Assembly: GCA_963514005.1 (NCBI GenBank)
Contig: OY740789.1
Coordinates: 41,850,001-41,914,000, forward strand
From: Raja brachyura
Lineage: Eukaryota
Direction: 5' to 3'
Length of the DNA: 64,000 nucleotides
Shown: positions 24,901 to 37,235 of the stretch, piece after piece
Numbering within the stretch: the stretch's first letter is position 1
Layout of the letters: every line of letters begins with the position of its first letter
The notes under the pieces: model-generated
Told to the model about the DNA's origin: nothing
The model's input: the letters and a program-made list of their open reading frames with translations, nothing else
Databases searched by the model: none
Translations under genes and position numbers: made by a program

Positions 24901-26930
24901 GATTTTACCGTTAGCACATCGTATTTTGGAGAAGATGTGATTATAAACACACACATCCACATACAAGATCAGAGTTTTAATAGTTACTAGACCAAGGAGG
25001 ACGCGTTGGGTCCCATCCCCTCAACGCATGGTTGCGGCCTCAGTGACGTGTGGTGAGGTCAATGGCTGGAGAGGCACTGGCTAGTATCAGTGGCCCGGCC
25101 CTCCCTGTATTGATCACCACGTCCCCCCGGTGAGAGAGAGGGATGGAGCCGGGGCTGTGTGCATGAAGCACGGCAACTGGAGGGGCGGGAGCGTTGCCCC
25201 GGGAGCGTGAGGGAACGACCCACCTCCCCCTCTCCATTCCACCTCACACCCTTCTCCCCGTTGCTTCCCCCTCCACTTTCTCTCCACCCCTCTCCCCGCC
25301 TCCACCCAGGGTAGATCTAACCAAGCCGAGAGTACATTACTCCAGCGCGGGCCCAATTGGGAGCTCTCAGCGGACCAGAGCCTCCAAATCGGCTGCTACA
25401 AATCAATGAATCAACCTACCAGTCAGTGCCGCCAGCGGCTGAAAAATCAGCGACGCCAGCGGTGGAATCTAGTGGTGCGCCCCAGCTTACGCGGAGGGAG
25501 AGTGAGGTAGCGTCAATTACGTGGGCTGAGCCTCCATTGACGCTCGCACTCCCTCCACTGGGCACAAGACACGCCCCTCAGTGAGGCAGATGTGATCGCT
25601 GCCTCCCCTGGTGCTTTTTCATTGCAGTTTTATGACGAGACCAGTGAGCCTAAATTTTATATATTTATACATGAAATAAGCTACCTGGACTATGGAAGGC
25701 GAGGACATGTAATGAAGGGGTTTACAAACATTACATTGGTGACATACAGAGAGATAGTAACAGGCACGTGCTTATTGCCCATGCTCCATCCAGATTCTGA
25801 GGGGTTGCGCAATCAGAGGAGAGGCTCAGCTCGTCGCTGGCTCACCTCTCATCTCTCCCTGTATTTGCAGCGAAGCAGCGCACATTTGGCGATTCTGACT
25901 ATAAAAAATGATTAGATTCATATAGAAATGATATTTATAGCACAGATCAGTGGAAAAATCTTTATATTTATTTTATTTTATTATTATTTTTCTTTACTTT
26001 TCTTGACGGCTATTTTCATTGGGAGTATGACAGGTGTGGCTCTGCCTCCCCTAACCGCATGTCCCTGGGCGGCCTGCGCCGTCACACACACTAGCCACCC
26101 CCCTCCACGCACACACACCAACGCTTCCCCCCTTAGATATTATATTAATATTATTAATTCGCTCCTTTTACCCCATCCCCTGCCCTATCCATTCACGCAT
26201 AACCCCCAACTGCGCAGGAGCGGGTAGAGAGGGGGGAGTAGAGGGAGAGGAGGAGTAGAGATTGAGGGGTGGGCGGAGGCACGTGGCATTACAGGGGAGG
26301 GCTGGTTTCCGAACGCGAGGGGGAGGGGGGGCAGAGCGAGGGGGGGGGCAGAGAGGGAGGCAGGGGGGGCAGAGAGGGAGGGCGGCATAGAGAGGGAGGC
26401 GGAGGGGCATAGAGGGAGGGGGGCAGAGAGGGAGGGGAGGGGCAGAGAGGGACACAGAGGCACTGAGAGGGGCACAAAGAGGGACACAGGGGCACAGAGA
26501 GGGGGGGCAGACAGAGGGAGGTGGGGGGCATAGAGGGAGGGGAGGGGCATAGAGGGAGGGGGGCAGAGAGGGAGGGGGGCAGAGAGGGAGGGGGGGGTGC
26601 AGAGAGGGAGTGGGGGGTGCAGAGAGGGAGTGGGGGGTGCAGAGAGGGAGTGGGGGTACAGAGAGGGAGTGGGGGTACAGAGAGGGAGTGGGGGTGCAGA
26701 GAGGGAGTGGGGGTGCAGAGAGGGAGTGGGGGTGCAGAGAGGGAGTGGGGGTGCAGAGAGGGAGTGGGGGGTGCAGAGAGGGAGTGGGGGGTGCAGAGAG
26801 GGAGTGGGGGGTGCAGAGAGGGAGTGGGGGGTGCAGAGAGGGAGTGGGGGGTGCAGAGAGGGAGTGGGGGGTGCAGAGAGGGAGTGGGGGGTGCAGAGAG
26901 GGAGTGGGGTGCAGAGAGGGAGGGGGGAAT
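21904..26930 (-). mobile_element. Tandem array of about five non-autonomous Helitron-like elements
   Basis: Repeated 3' ends (hairpin GGGACCCAACGGGTCCC + ACTTGGTCTAG) with CTAG at 21904, 24038, 24559 and 24987; TC/TA-rich 5' ends (TCTATACATAACTAAAACTCTGATCTTG at 23070); no TSD. Confidence 0.75.
26330..26925 (+). repeat. G-rich minisatellite (GGGGG(G)TGCAGAGAGGGAGT, about 19-20-bp unit)
   Basis: Directly visible; near-homogeneous over 26590-26920 and degenerate to the left. Confidence 0.95.
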
Positions 26931-27923
26931 ACACACACAAAAAACAAACAATAGTAGTGCAATAATAATAATCATAATAATAATAATAATAGTCTAATGT
27001 CGTTCATAACTTATTTGAGGTTGTAGTATTTAATAGCCTGATAGCTGTGGGGACGAAGCTGTTCCTGAACCTGGACGTACATTTTTCAGGTTCCTGTACC
27101 TTCATCCCATTGGCATAGGTAAAATGAGAGGGTGGCCAGGATGGGTGTGTCTCTGAAGATGCTAGCTGCCTTTTTGTGGCAGCGACTTTGATAAATCACG
27201 CTGAATGGTCGGATTTTCAGAGGTGTGGGCGAGGGATAGAGCGATAAGCATCCTTGATGGTCGTTTAGCAGTGGTTAAGGGTGTTTACTCCTCTGGTGCT
27301 GCAGGCAACATGTTGGTGGTAGTTTGGGAGAGATTTCTTCAGCCAGATCTTGTTGAAGTCCCCAGCTTCGGCGTACGCTGTCTGGTGCTTGTTGACCACG
27401 GTGTGCAGCTCCTCCAATGCCAGACGGACGTCTGCCTGGGCTGGGAAGTAGACCGCGGTCAGGATGATGGAGATTAATTCCCACGAGGCGAACAAGGGGC
27501 GGCACTTCACCGCCAGATGTTTCAGGTGCAGAGAGTAGGAGTTAGACACAACTGCCACGTCTGAGCACGACGAAGAGTTGACCATGAGGCAGACGCCCCC
27601 GCCTCTCCCTTTCCCAGATGCCTGCGTTCGGCCCATACGATGGATGTAGAAACCTTCAGGCTGGAGGACTGAGTCTCGGGAGCTGGGGGTGAGCCATGTC
27701 TCTGTGAGACAGAGCATTCCCTCAGATCCCTTTGATAAAGCAGCCTTGACCTTTAGTCCTCCACTTTATTTTCCAGTGATTGTACCCTGCTAGTACAATG
27801 GTAGGGAGAGGGGGGTCGTAATCCCCTGCACTTCAGTCTGATGTAGTCCTGCCCACCGGTCACGTTTCTGGACTCAATGGAGGCCTCCCCGGTGTTTCCA
27901 GGTACAGTACTTACTGTAGTATC
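26931..27923 (-). mobile_element. Internally deleted Rex1-like LINE (APE endonuclease fragment fused to 3' end)
   Basis: ORF 27265-27717 LCLTETWL...GKGRGGGVCLMVN...AGDFN; RT C-terminal fragment; 3' tail displaced to 21873-21903. Confidence 0.8.
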
Positions 27924-28000
27924 GATAGCGCAGTAAAGATGGTATTTGGCACACTTGCCTTCATTGGGGAGGATACCGAATACAAAAGTTGGTGCATCAT
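27924..28000 (+). mobile_element. CR1 continuation (right part)
   Basis: VKMVFGTLAFIG...EYKSW follows on from 21872; GATAG duplicated at 21868 and 27924. Confidence 0.6.
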
Positions 28001-28002
28001 GC

Positions 28003-29758
28003 GTTGTTACAAATTCCTGCCATCAGTGGCGCTCTTGAACTGCTCACTGACCTGTGCGTGCAACTCGAGAGGCTGTGGGTGGGGGGGGGGGGGGGGGGGG
28101 GGTTAGTAAACTGCAGGTTTTTATTGCTTGTCAAGGAGGGAATTCCTCGTAAAACAAGTTTATGAGGAAATTTTGTTCTGTGACTCCATTCGCGTTATTT
28201 TTTTAAATGTTGTTTAACTATTGTTTAATATTGTTAAATATTTACTATTTTTGTTAAATGTTTACTATTGTTAAATATTGTTTAACTGGATGAAAATCAT
28301 CAGATTAAAACGCCTTAAATCACAGATCGCAAGTTCAGGACAAAGCAAAAGGTATGTGCTGTTGGGTGTTTATTTAACATCTTATCCAGTTTTTGGTGTA
28401 ATTTCATTTTAATCTGATGATGTGAAATATGTTATTTAGGCCCCAATATTGACCTTGTCTTGTCTGACTGCGCAAAATCATGGTGGCGGCCACAATCCGA
28501 TCTCTCTGTCTCACACACATCCACTCTCAAGATAATCAAAATCATTATTTTTTGCACAATCAAGTTATAAGAACTAAATTATCTATATTTTGTGTAATTG
28601 TCCATCCATGATCAATATTTTTCACACTAAATATGACTAAAAACTATGTACTGTGGAAGTTTTTAGTCAGATAGTTAGATGTTCTTATGACATGATTGTG
28701 CAAAAAATAATGATTTTGATTATCTTGAGAGTGGATGTTTGTGGATTGTGAAGACATGTCTCTGCAAAACGGCCCTTGCCTGCTGCAGTGTTATAAACCA
28801 ACAGAGTAAAATTTATGGGAATTAAACATTCAATTCCTTCGATTTGGCATAGAAATTCATGACAAAGTGAGATTTAAACCATGTTATATTCTGAATTATT
28901 GTGTAAATGGGATCCGTTTGTTATATCGATAATTTGGCTATTTACATTTTTAGTTTTAGCCTTTTCTTAAAAAAATAGGATAGATATTTAGATCTAGTAA
29001 TTGAATTTAGATGAATTTAATAAATTTGATGACACTGATGAATATTATTTTTTGTTGGGTATTTACTAATTGTTTTAACATTACAATAATATTAAAGTTC
29101 TGATCTTGAGAATATCACATTTTTGAATTTTCAAGGCAGTTTGGGTGTTTATTACTATTTCCATCATAATGGTTAATTTTGTAATTAGCTACTTAATTAG
29201 GTAAATAACTAAACATATACTTTAATTTCAGGCCCTTCAAGTAAGATGTATCATATTTGTTTCAGAATGCTTCAATCTATAATAACAGACATTTTCATTC
29301 AGTTCTTTTAAGATGGCCTTTTATGTTAATTGACTGTCCTCGATCACAGCTTTTCTTAAGAAATTGATAGATGTTTAGATCTAGTAATTGAATTTTGTAA
29401 TTGGCTACAATTAGGTAACTAACTAATTATATGCTTTAATTTCAGGTCATCCAAGTAAGATTGTTTCATATTTGTTTCAGAATGCTTCAATATATAATAA
29501 CTGAAAATGTCATTCAGTTCTCTTAATTTTTAAGAAAGTTATGGGCTTTTGACTGTCCTTGATCACAGCTTTTGTGTTAAGTCAATGGAAAAGCAATAGG
29601 GAACAAGATGCTACTTTCTGAGTATGAAAATGACCATAACTTTTTTAATACTGAAGATATGAAAGTGAATTGGGTATCAAATTAAATTATTTTTATGCTT
29701 TATCGGATGGGATAAATTATAGGCTTGATTTTTTAAATCTGAACATTTTGTAACATCC
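28003..29758 (+). mobile_element. Divergent, rearranged member of the TGTTACAAAA-TIR DNA transposon family
   Basis: Ends TGTTACAAA...TTTTGTAACA; 3' ~400 bp closely similar to 43960-44371 and 52490-52901; internal partial duplication and foldback. Confidence 0.7.
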
Positions 29759-30084
29759 ATACTCAATGACTTCATTATGTGCATAATATTGCAAAACTAG
29801 CTTGCATGCAAGCAACATTGATTTGCAATTTAAGTATTATTTTTAAGATGCAAAGATAAATGTCTTCAATTATTAAGAAAATATTAACTATCAAGATGTG
29901 GAATTCTGTGAAATATTTAGTCATGTAGTAAAAAGTCATTTAGTCAAAAAGTAAATTCAATATTTTTGTTCAGGTACTCATGTAATGAGAGGGGTTTTGT
30001 TTGTGGTGGTGGGGCTGGGGTGTCAAGGAAGGTGTGCAGGACAAGACAAAACCTTCCATGACTAGGGGAAAGCAGCCATAATAA

Positions 30085-30450
30085 TCAAAGACCTTTCCCA
30101 ACTGGTCATTCCTTTTCTCCCTGCTCCCGTCAAACAGAAGCACTTGAAAGCATTTGCCACCAGATTCAGAAACAGCTTCATCCCCTCTGTCATAGAGCTT
30201 TTGAACAGTCCTTCCAAAAAAAATGGCTACCGTCCAATTCTCCACTACCATACTGCAGATATTGGACTTTGCCCCTAGAACTGGTGTGCTATAATACGGA
30301 GAACTGTATTCGGTACGCTGTATCTTCCCCTTTGTTCTACCTATTGTACTCGAGTTTGGCTTTATATTTATGAGTAGTATTATCTGGTTTGATTTGATGC
30401 CATGCAAACCAAAACTGCTCACTGTATCTCAGTACACGCAACCATAAACT
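30085..30450 (+). mobile_element. Rex1/L2-type LINE 3' fragment
   Basis: HSFSPCSRQ / TRFRNSFIPSVIELLN-type terminus plus 3' UTR. Confidence 0.6.
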
Positions 30451-30675
30451 TAGACCTAAACGTAGTGATCAAATTTCTTGAGCCACTTTAGTTTTTCTCG
30501 TGAAGATACTGACTCAGCGTTATTGGGTAGCAGCCCCAGGATTCAAACTCAGTTACAATTAAAGAATGGTGTGTGACTTGGGATAGAACTTGAAGACAAT
30601 GACACCACCACATTTTTGCAGACCACGTCATTCCAGGTGGTCAAGTTTGAAAGGTTGCAGAGATATCAAATAATA

Positions 30676-32115
30676 CAGTGCCCTCCATAATGTGTGGGAC
30701 AAAGACCCATCATTTATTTATTTGCCGCTGTACTCCACAATTTGAGATTTGTAATAGGAAAAAAATCACATATGGTTAAAGTGCACATTGTCAGATTTTA
30801 ATAAAAGCCATTTTAATACATTTTGGTTTCACCAAGTAGAAATTACAGCTGTGTTTGTATATAGAGCTCTCAGCACCTAGTCTTTTCATCACCGTAGGAA
30901 ACTTTTATTGCTGTTTATCAACATGAGGACCAAAGATGTGCCAATGAAGCCATTATGAGACTAAGAAACAAGAATAAAACTGTTAGAGACATCAGCCAAT
31001 CCCAAGGCGTGCCAAAATCAACGGTTTGGAACATCATTAAGAAGAAAGAGAGCACTGGTGAGCTTACTGCTCGCAAAGGAACTGGCAGGCCAAAGAAGAC
31101 CTCCACTGCTGATGACAGAAAAATGTTCTTTATAATAAAGAAATACCCCCAAATACCTGTGCGCCAGATAAGAAACACTCTTCAGGAGTGGATTTGTCAA
31201 TGACCACTGTCCGCAGAAGACTTCATGAACAGAAATAAAGAGGCAACGCTACAAGATGCAAACCACTGGTTAGCCGCAAAATAGGATGGCCAGGTTAGTT
31301 TGCCAAGAAGTACTTAAAAGAGCAACCACAGTTCTGGAAAAAGGTCTTGTGGACAGATGAGACAATGATTAACATATCAGAGTGATGGCAAGAACGAAGG
31401 AGAGAACGAAATGCCCAAGTTCCAAAGCATACCACCTCATCTGTGAAACACGGTATTGGGGGTGTTATAGCCTGGGCATGTATGACTGCTGAAGGTACTG
31501 GTTCACTTATCTTCATTGATAATACAACTGCTGATGGTAGTAGCATAATGAATTCTGAAGTGTGTAGACACATCCTATCTGCTCAAGTTCAAACAAATGC
31601 CTCAAAACTCATTGGCCATCAGTTCATTCTACTGTAAGACAATGATCCCAAACATACTGCTAAAGCAACAAAGGAGTTTTACAAAGCTAAAAAATGATCA
31701 ATTCATGAGTGTCCGTCAATCACCCGATCTGAACCCAACTGAGCATGCTTTATATATGCTGAAGAAAAAACTGAAGGGGACTAGCCCCCAAAATAGGCAT
31801 AAGCTAAAAATGGCTGCAACACAGGCCTGGCATTGCATCACTAGAGAAGACACCCAGCAACTGGTGATGTCCATGAATTTCAGACTTCAACAGTCATTGC
31901 ATGCAAAGGATATGCAACCAAATATTAAACATGACTACTTTCATTTACCTGACTTTGTTGTGTCCCAAACATTATGGTGCCCTGAAATGGGGGGGGACTA
32001 TGTATAACAATGGCCGTTGTTAAAATCTGACAATGTGCACTTTAACCACATGTGGGTTTTTTCTATGAAAAATCTCAAATTGTGGAGTACAGAGGCAAAT
32101 AAATAAATGATGGGT
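30676..32115 (+). mobile_element. Tc1/mariner (IR/DR-type) transposon with decayed transposase, right TIR truncated
   Basis: TA^CAGTGCCCTCCATAAT TIR of about 200 bp; frameshifted GVPKSTVWNIIKK..GRPKKT, FWKKVLWTDE, KHG.GGVIAWAC, DNDPKH and QSPDLNP.E motifs. Confidence 0.92.
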
Positions 32116-32606
32116 TGGTTTATGCTCTATTCTCAGCTCACATTGATTTGATTCAACACTTCTGAGGAACTTCTCGCTTCTGCCATGGCACTGGACCCCC
32201 TTTCTTCCCTCCTAATCGTGTTTTGTCTATGACGTCTTACCCCCAGCACTTTTTTGTCCATTCTTTTGTCATAATTTGCAACAATTTGAATGCAGTTCAT
32301 CTATAATCTCTGCACATACCATGGGATATCTATAATCTTTGCACATAATACCATGGGAAATTAACTAGGTGAAGAATAGAATCATGAATCTTTTAACATA
32401 AAGTCAACAAAATTAAATAACACTACAAGCACTTGAATGCCTTTTTTAAGTGAATAAAAAAAAGAGATTACAAAACAACTGTAGCACAATATTGAAGAAG
32501 GAAAAAATGGTAGAAAGAATATCAGTATGATTGACCATTATTGACAATAACAAAACGTTGTTTGTTTCAAGATGTCAAATAATTCACCAATTTCTAATAC
32601 TCTTAC

Positions 32607-32656
32607 CTCAAAAATAAAGAGAATAGAATCCAATTCTTCCCTCTGTGATTTGTGAC
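32607..32656 (-). CDS. RALGAPA1: RALGAPA1 exon 3 (50 nt)
   Basis: tttcag|GHKSQREELDSILFIFE|gtaaga. Confidence 0.95.
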
Positions 32657-35180
32657 CTGAAACAACATTAAATACATCAAATTACATGCAAAATATTATG
32701 GAAGCGAAGATTTACTAGCTACTAAATATTTAATCCTGGCACCATCCAAATGTGCAATGTAACACCCTAAATTACGGCACAAAGATTTGTCCTTGGGGAA
32801 AATCAGAATTTTTTTTTTGTAGTTTAAAATCCTCATTAAGTCTGCTAACCACTGCCAAGATGGCACGTTTATTTGGGGCACAAGATTTATTCTGTAAATA
32901 TTCCCAGAATACAATACATGCCTCTATAGGTATATTTATTTTGAGAAGCACTCATGCAAACGCCAATTATGCCATTAAAAAAAACAGGAATTATCGAGTG
33001 TAATAGCCACTTGAAACTAATAGCAATAAGTACATAGCTTCATTAAGAAAAGTTGCAAGAACGGACAACCTGAGTGTACAGTGTCAGATGAAATAGTTAA
33101 TTGGAGTGTTGACAGAAGAACTTTAACTTGGAGAAAATTGAATTATTGTCCAAAACATGAGTAGATTCCATTCTTTCCTCAAGTGACTCAATTAGTCAAA
33201 GTGAGAACCTTTTGAATGACAATGGGTGCCCAGAGTTTGATGATGTCGGGAGAGGGCCCATTCTTGAAATTTACTTTCACACATTGCAGTCCTCCAATAT
33301 TGCCACATTGAAATGTTTTAACACCACAATAATATTTCCATTGTTTAAAAAACTACAATAGGGCAATATAGGTAGCAACAAAGCCATTATTATTATTATT
33401 ATATAAAAAAGCAAAAATATTCAGTAAGTTTATTTTATTTCTAAAATTAACCAAGTTAATTACCAAGATTATCAACTCAAAATATTAAATTCTTAATCAA
33501 TGTATGCCATCTGCCCTTTATAGCATTTTCTTTTGATTTATGCTTGAAGCACTCAAGATAGTTCTTAACTTAGTTCTAAAAAGACGCACTCAGTGCAAGA
33601 GCGATTATGATATCCAAATAATATCTTAAACGGTTAAACATTAGCTTCCACATTGCAACACATTTCTTAAGAGACAGCAGTGGAAGAAAAGTAAATTTCA
33701 ATAAGATGTCATTTTCTATTTTATTACATTTTCCTGCAATTATTTTATACTAGGAGCATGTTATTCAGAAAAATAATATTCTTAATCCATATCACACATT
33801 TCTATCATAAATTATCAAATCACAAGTATGGATATAGGATGAAATACTAGTTAATAATTCAATTTCCCAAACTTTTCTACATTTGTGAAGGCATCCAAAG
33901 ATCCATTTTTTCTATCCGAATGCAAGACCCAGGGCAGACTGTGGCCGAACGCAAGACCGGGACCACGGCCTGCAAGGGGTTGCAGGGCTCAAAATTAGCG
34001 GTTGCCCGGGTGCCAATGGCAACCTACAGTCCCTCCGGCCAACCTAAAAGCCATGCCATTTTGCCCAGCTTGGCAAGCACCCGGGAGACCTAGCGTTTAA
34101 TTCTGAGCGGGCTCCCTCTCTCTGTGTCTGTCTCTCTCCGTCTCCGCCCATCATCTCGGTTCTCCGCTCGGCTCTCGGGTCTCCGCTCAGCTCTCGGCTG
34201 GCTGCCCTGTACATGCGCACTGCCACGGCCTGCACATCCTCCCCCTACACATGCGCACAACCACGGCCAGCACATTATCAGCCGTGGTTGTGCGTATGTG
34301 CGGTCCTGCACATGCGCACTGCCACGGCAACTGGTCGGCGTCGGCCACTTTCTCCCTGCATTGTGGGAGACCTGGCCACTATTGCCTAACCGCGACCGCT
34401 GAAAACCAACGCAGAATCACTTCCTGGAACAACTCCCTGGAGTAACTCTTGCTACTTGGTTTCCTGGTCCTCCAAAAACAAAATTCAAAATGGAATTTAA
34501 ACTGGTGGTCCCACCACCACTAAACTCCAAACTCTGAAAAATAACAGCCTATTGCATTTTATCTGTTTATTTATTGTGTATATATATGGTCTATAGTATA
34601 TAGACACACTGAACTTTTATCCCCAGTTCCGTAGTATGTTTACATATTATGTGGTGTTGCAGCAAGCAAGAATTTCATTGCCCCATCTGGGACACATGAC
34701 AATAAAACGCTCTTGACTTGGACTTAAGCAAAAATGGGTTCTTGGAAAAAAAGAGCTACCTTCAATTTTGTTGCGTCTGGTTGGGTACCTATGGTAGGGT
34801 GAAGATTATTCTATGCTTTAATTGTGCGGGGGAACTCCATGGAGCAGCCAGCATCTCTGGATAGGAGAAATTGGGTGCCGTTTCAGGTAGAAACCCTTCT
34901 TTACATTTCCTCTGGTTTTAGTGTTTTTAGTTTAATTTAAAGATACAGCATGGAAACTGGCCCTTCGGCCCACCGAGTCCACGCCGACCACCAATCACCC
35001 GTACTCTAGGGCTATCCCACACACAACGACGCGAGTCAAGAGTCAAGAGTGTTTTATTCTCTTGCGTCCCAGTTAGAACAATTAAATCCTTACTTACAGC
35101 AGCATAACAGAACATGTTAAAAAATTTTAGTAACTAAAGTTATCAATGTATAATTTTTTGTGTTTTGGAAAATAAAATAC

Positions 35181-35401
35181 AGTGGCATAGCTGGTGGACT
35201 TGCTTCGTCACACGCCAAAGATCTGTGTTTGATCCTGTTCTCGGGCACTGTCTGTGTTAAATTTGCACATTCTCCCTGCATGCATTTGGGTTTCCACATC
35301 CCAAAGATGCATTGGCTTTGTAGGTTAACTTGTCTGTAAAATTGCCCCCAATGTGCAGGTAGTAGGTGAGGAAAGTGGGATAACAGAACTTGTGTGAATG
35401 G
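35181..35401 (+). mobile_element. HE1/V-SINE (3' truncated by Penelope)
   Basis: tRNA-like head plus V-domain TTTGCACATTCTCCC...CCACATCCCAAAGA...TGTAAATTGCCCC. Confidence 0.7.
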
Positions 35402-36576
35402 GTAGACAAAAATGCTGGAGAAACTCAGCAGGTGAGGCAGCATCATAGATGGAAATAGGCGACGTTTCGGGTCAAGACCCTTCTTCAGACTGATGTGAGG
35501 GTGCGAGGGGGGCGAGAAGAAAGGAAGAGGCGGAGACAGTGGGCTGAGGGAGACCTGGGAAGCGGAGAGAAAGTAGGGGACTACCTGAAATTCGAGGTAA
35601 TGTTCATACCGCTGGGGTGTAAACTGCCGAAGCGAAATATGAGGTGCTGCTCCTCCAATTTACAGTGGGTCTCACACTGGCCATGGAGGAGGCCCAGGAC
35701 AGAAAGGTTGGATTCGGAATGGGAGGGGGAGTTGAAGCATTGAGCCACCGAAAGATCAGGTTGGTTATTGTGAACCGAGCGGAGGTGTTGGGCGAAACGA
35801 TCGCCAAGCCTACACTTGGTCTCACCGATGATGGGCTGCTGACACCTAGAGCAGCGGATGCAATAGATGAGGTTGGATGAGGTGCAGGTGAACCTCTGCC
35901 GCACCTGGAAAGACGGCTTGGGTCCTTGAATGGAGTCAAGGGGGGGGGGGGGGGAGGAAAAGTGCTAAGTGTAGCATTTCTTGCAGTTGCAAGGGAAAGT
36001 GCCAGGGGGGGGGGGGGGGTGGTTTGGGTGGGAAGGGACAAATTGACCAGGGAGTTACGAAGGGAGTGGTCTCTGCAGAAAGCCGACAGGGGAGGAGATG
36101 GGACGATGTGACCAGTGGTGGGATCCCATTGATAGACAAAGCTGGAAGAAATCAGCGGGTGAGGCAGCATCTATGGAACGAAGGAATAGGCGACGTTCCG
36201 GGTCAAGACCCTTCTTTAGACTGATGTCGAGAGGGGTGGAGAGCGGGAAAAAGAAAGGAAGAGGCGGAGACAGTAGGCTGTAGGAGAGCTGGGAATGGGT
36301 GGGGAAGGAGGGAGAAAGCAAGGACGACCTGAAATTGGAGAAGCCAATGTTCATACCGCTGGGGTGTAAACTACCCAAGCAAAATATGAGGTGCTGTTCC
36401 TCCAATTTGCGGTGGGCCTCACTCTGGCCATGGAGGAGGCCCAGGACAGAAAGGTCGGATTTGGAATGGGAGGGGGAGTTGAAGTGCTGAGCCACCGGGA
36501 GATCAGGTTGGTTATTGCGAACAGAGTTGAGGTGTTGTGCGAAGCGATCGCCAAGCCTGCCCTTGGTCTCACCAAG
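35402..36576 (-). mobile_element. Penelope-like element, two partial head-to-tail copies
   Basis: GIY-YIG ORF RFTCTSSNLIYCIRCSRC...IGETK.RLGDRFAQH (35581-35904), repeated at about 36330-36576; each is followed by a pLTR. Confidence 0.9.
35461..35488 (-). ncRNA. Minimal type-I hammerhead ribozyme core in Penelope pLTR
   Basis: CUGAAGA-A-GGGUC(UU)GACCC-GAAA-CGUC: intact core boxes and 5-bp stem II; stem I weak. Confidence 0.6.
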
Positions 36577-37235
36577 GTTGATCATATGCTGAATAACCAC
36601 ATTTTTGTTTGGAAGTGGAAAGAGATAATAGAAATTGCATTCAGTGCAACGTGTAAAAAGAGATGAGATAGTGTATTGTAACTTTGCTGCATGTCATTGT
36701 GGTATATATCATGTCTTGATTGGTGAATATGTTTAGTTTGTAACTTTATTTGAAGCAGAAATAATTTGTGAATGCTTCATTGACCATAATTACGCAATTC
36801 GTCCAAGAACATTATCGCACACGTCATGCAAGCCATCTTAAATGACCACCTAAACTGTCATTTGGCAACCTAAAAAGGCTGGAGGCCCGCAGCAGCCTGC
36901 GGCTTGCCTGGAACAGGTCTGCTCATAACTGGAGCGTGGACTGGACTTGCAAAAGTGGCATCAAAAGATGACGCCTCTTGCACATGGCTCAGTAGACTAT
37001 TTTACTGCAATTGCTTATTGAGAATGGTATTGGCAATACTCTAATGGATTGTTTGTAAGAAAATAATTTCACTGTGCACTTGTACTTTACACATGTGACA
37101 ATAAAGCACAATTGGACCATATATGGGACATAGAACACCAATACTCCCAAACATTGTTTATTTCCCCCCCTCCCATAGATTTATAAGGATACCAGCAAAA
37201 AAAACCAGAAATATCTATTCAAATCTATCACTGTT

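Larger units (their letters stand above)
33983..36875. mobile_element. Fragmented hAT-like DNA element hosting later insertions
   Basis: CAGGGCTCAAAATTAGCGGTTGCC left end; GGCAACCTA subterminal motifs at 34017 and 36864; interrupted by SINE and Penelope; right TIR not seen. Confidence 0.4.

Noticed and set aside
26168-26997. Long Pro- or Gly-rich ORFs (up to 264 aa) in several frames
   Set aside because: Artefacts of the stop-free minisatellite.
28076-28102. Long poly-G runs (also 35940, 36006, 57190)
   Set aside because: Simple homopolymers within or near TEs; lengths are prone to sequencing error.
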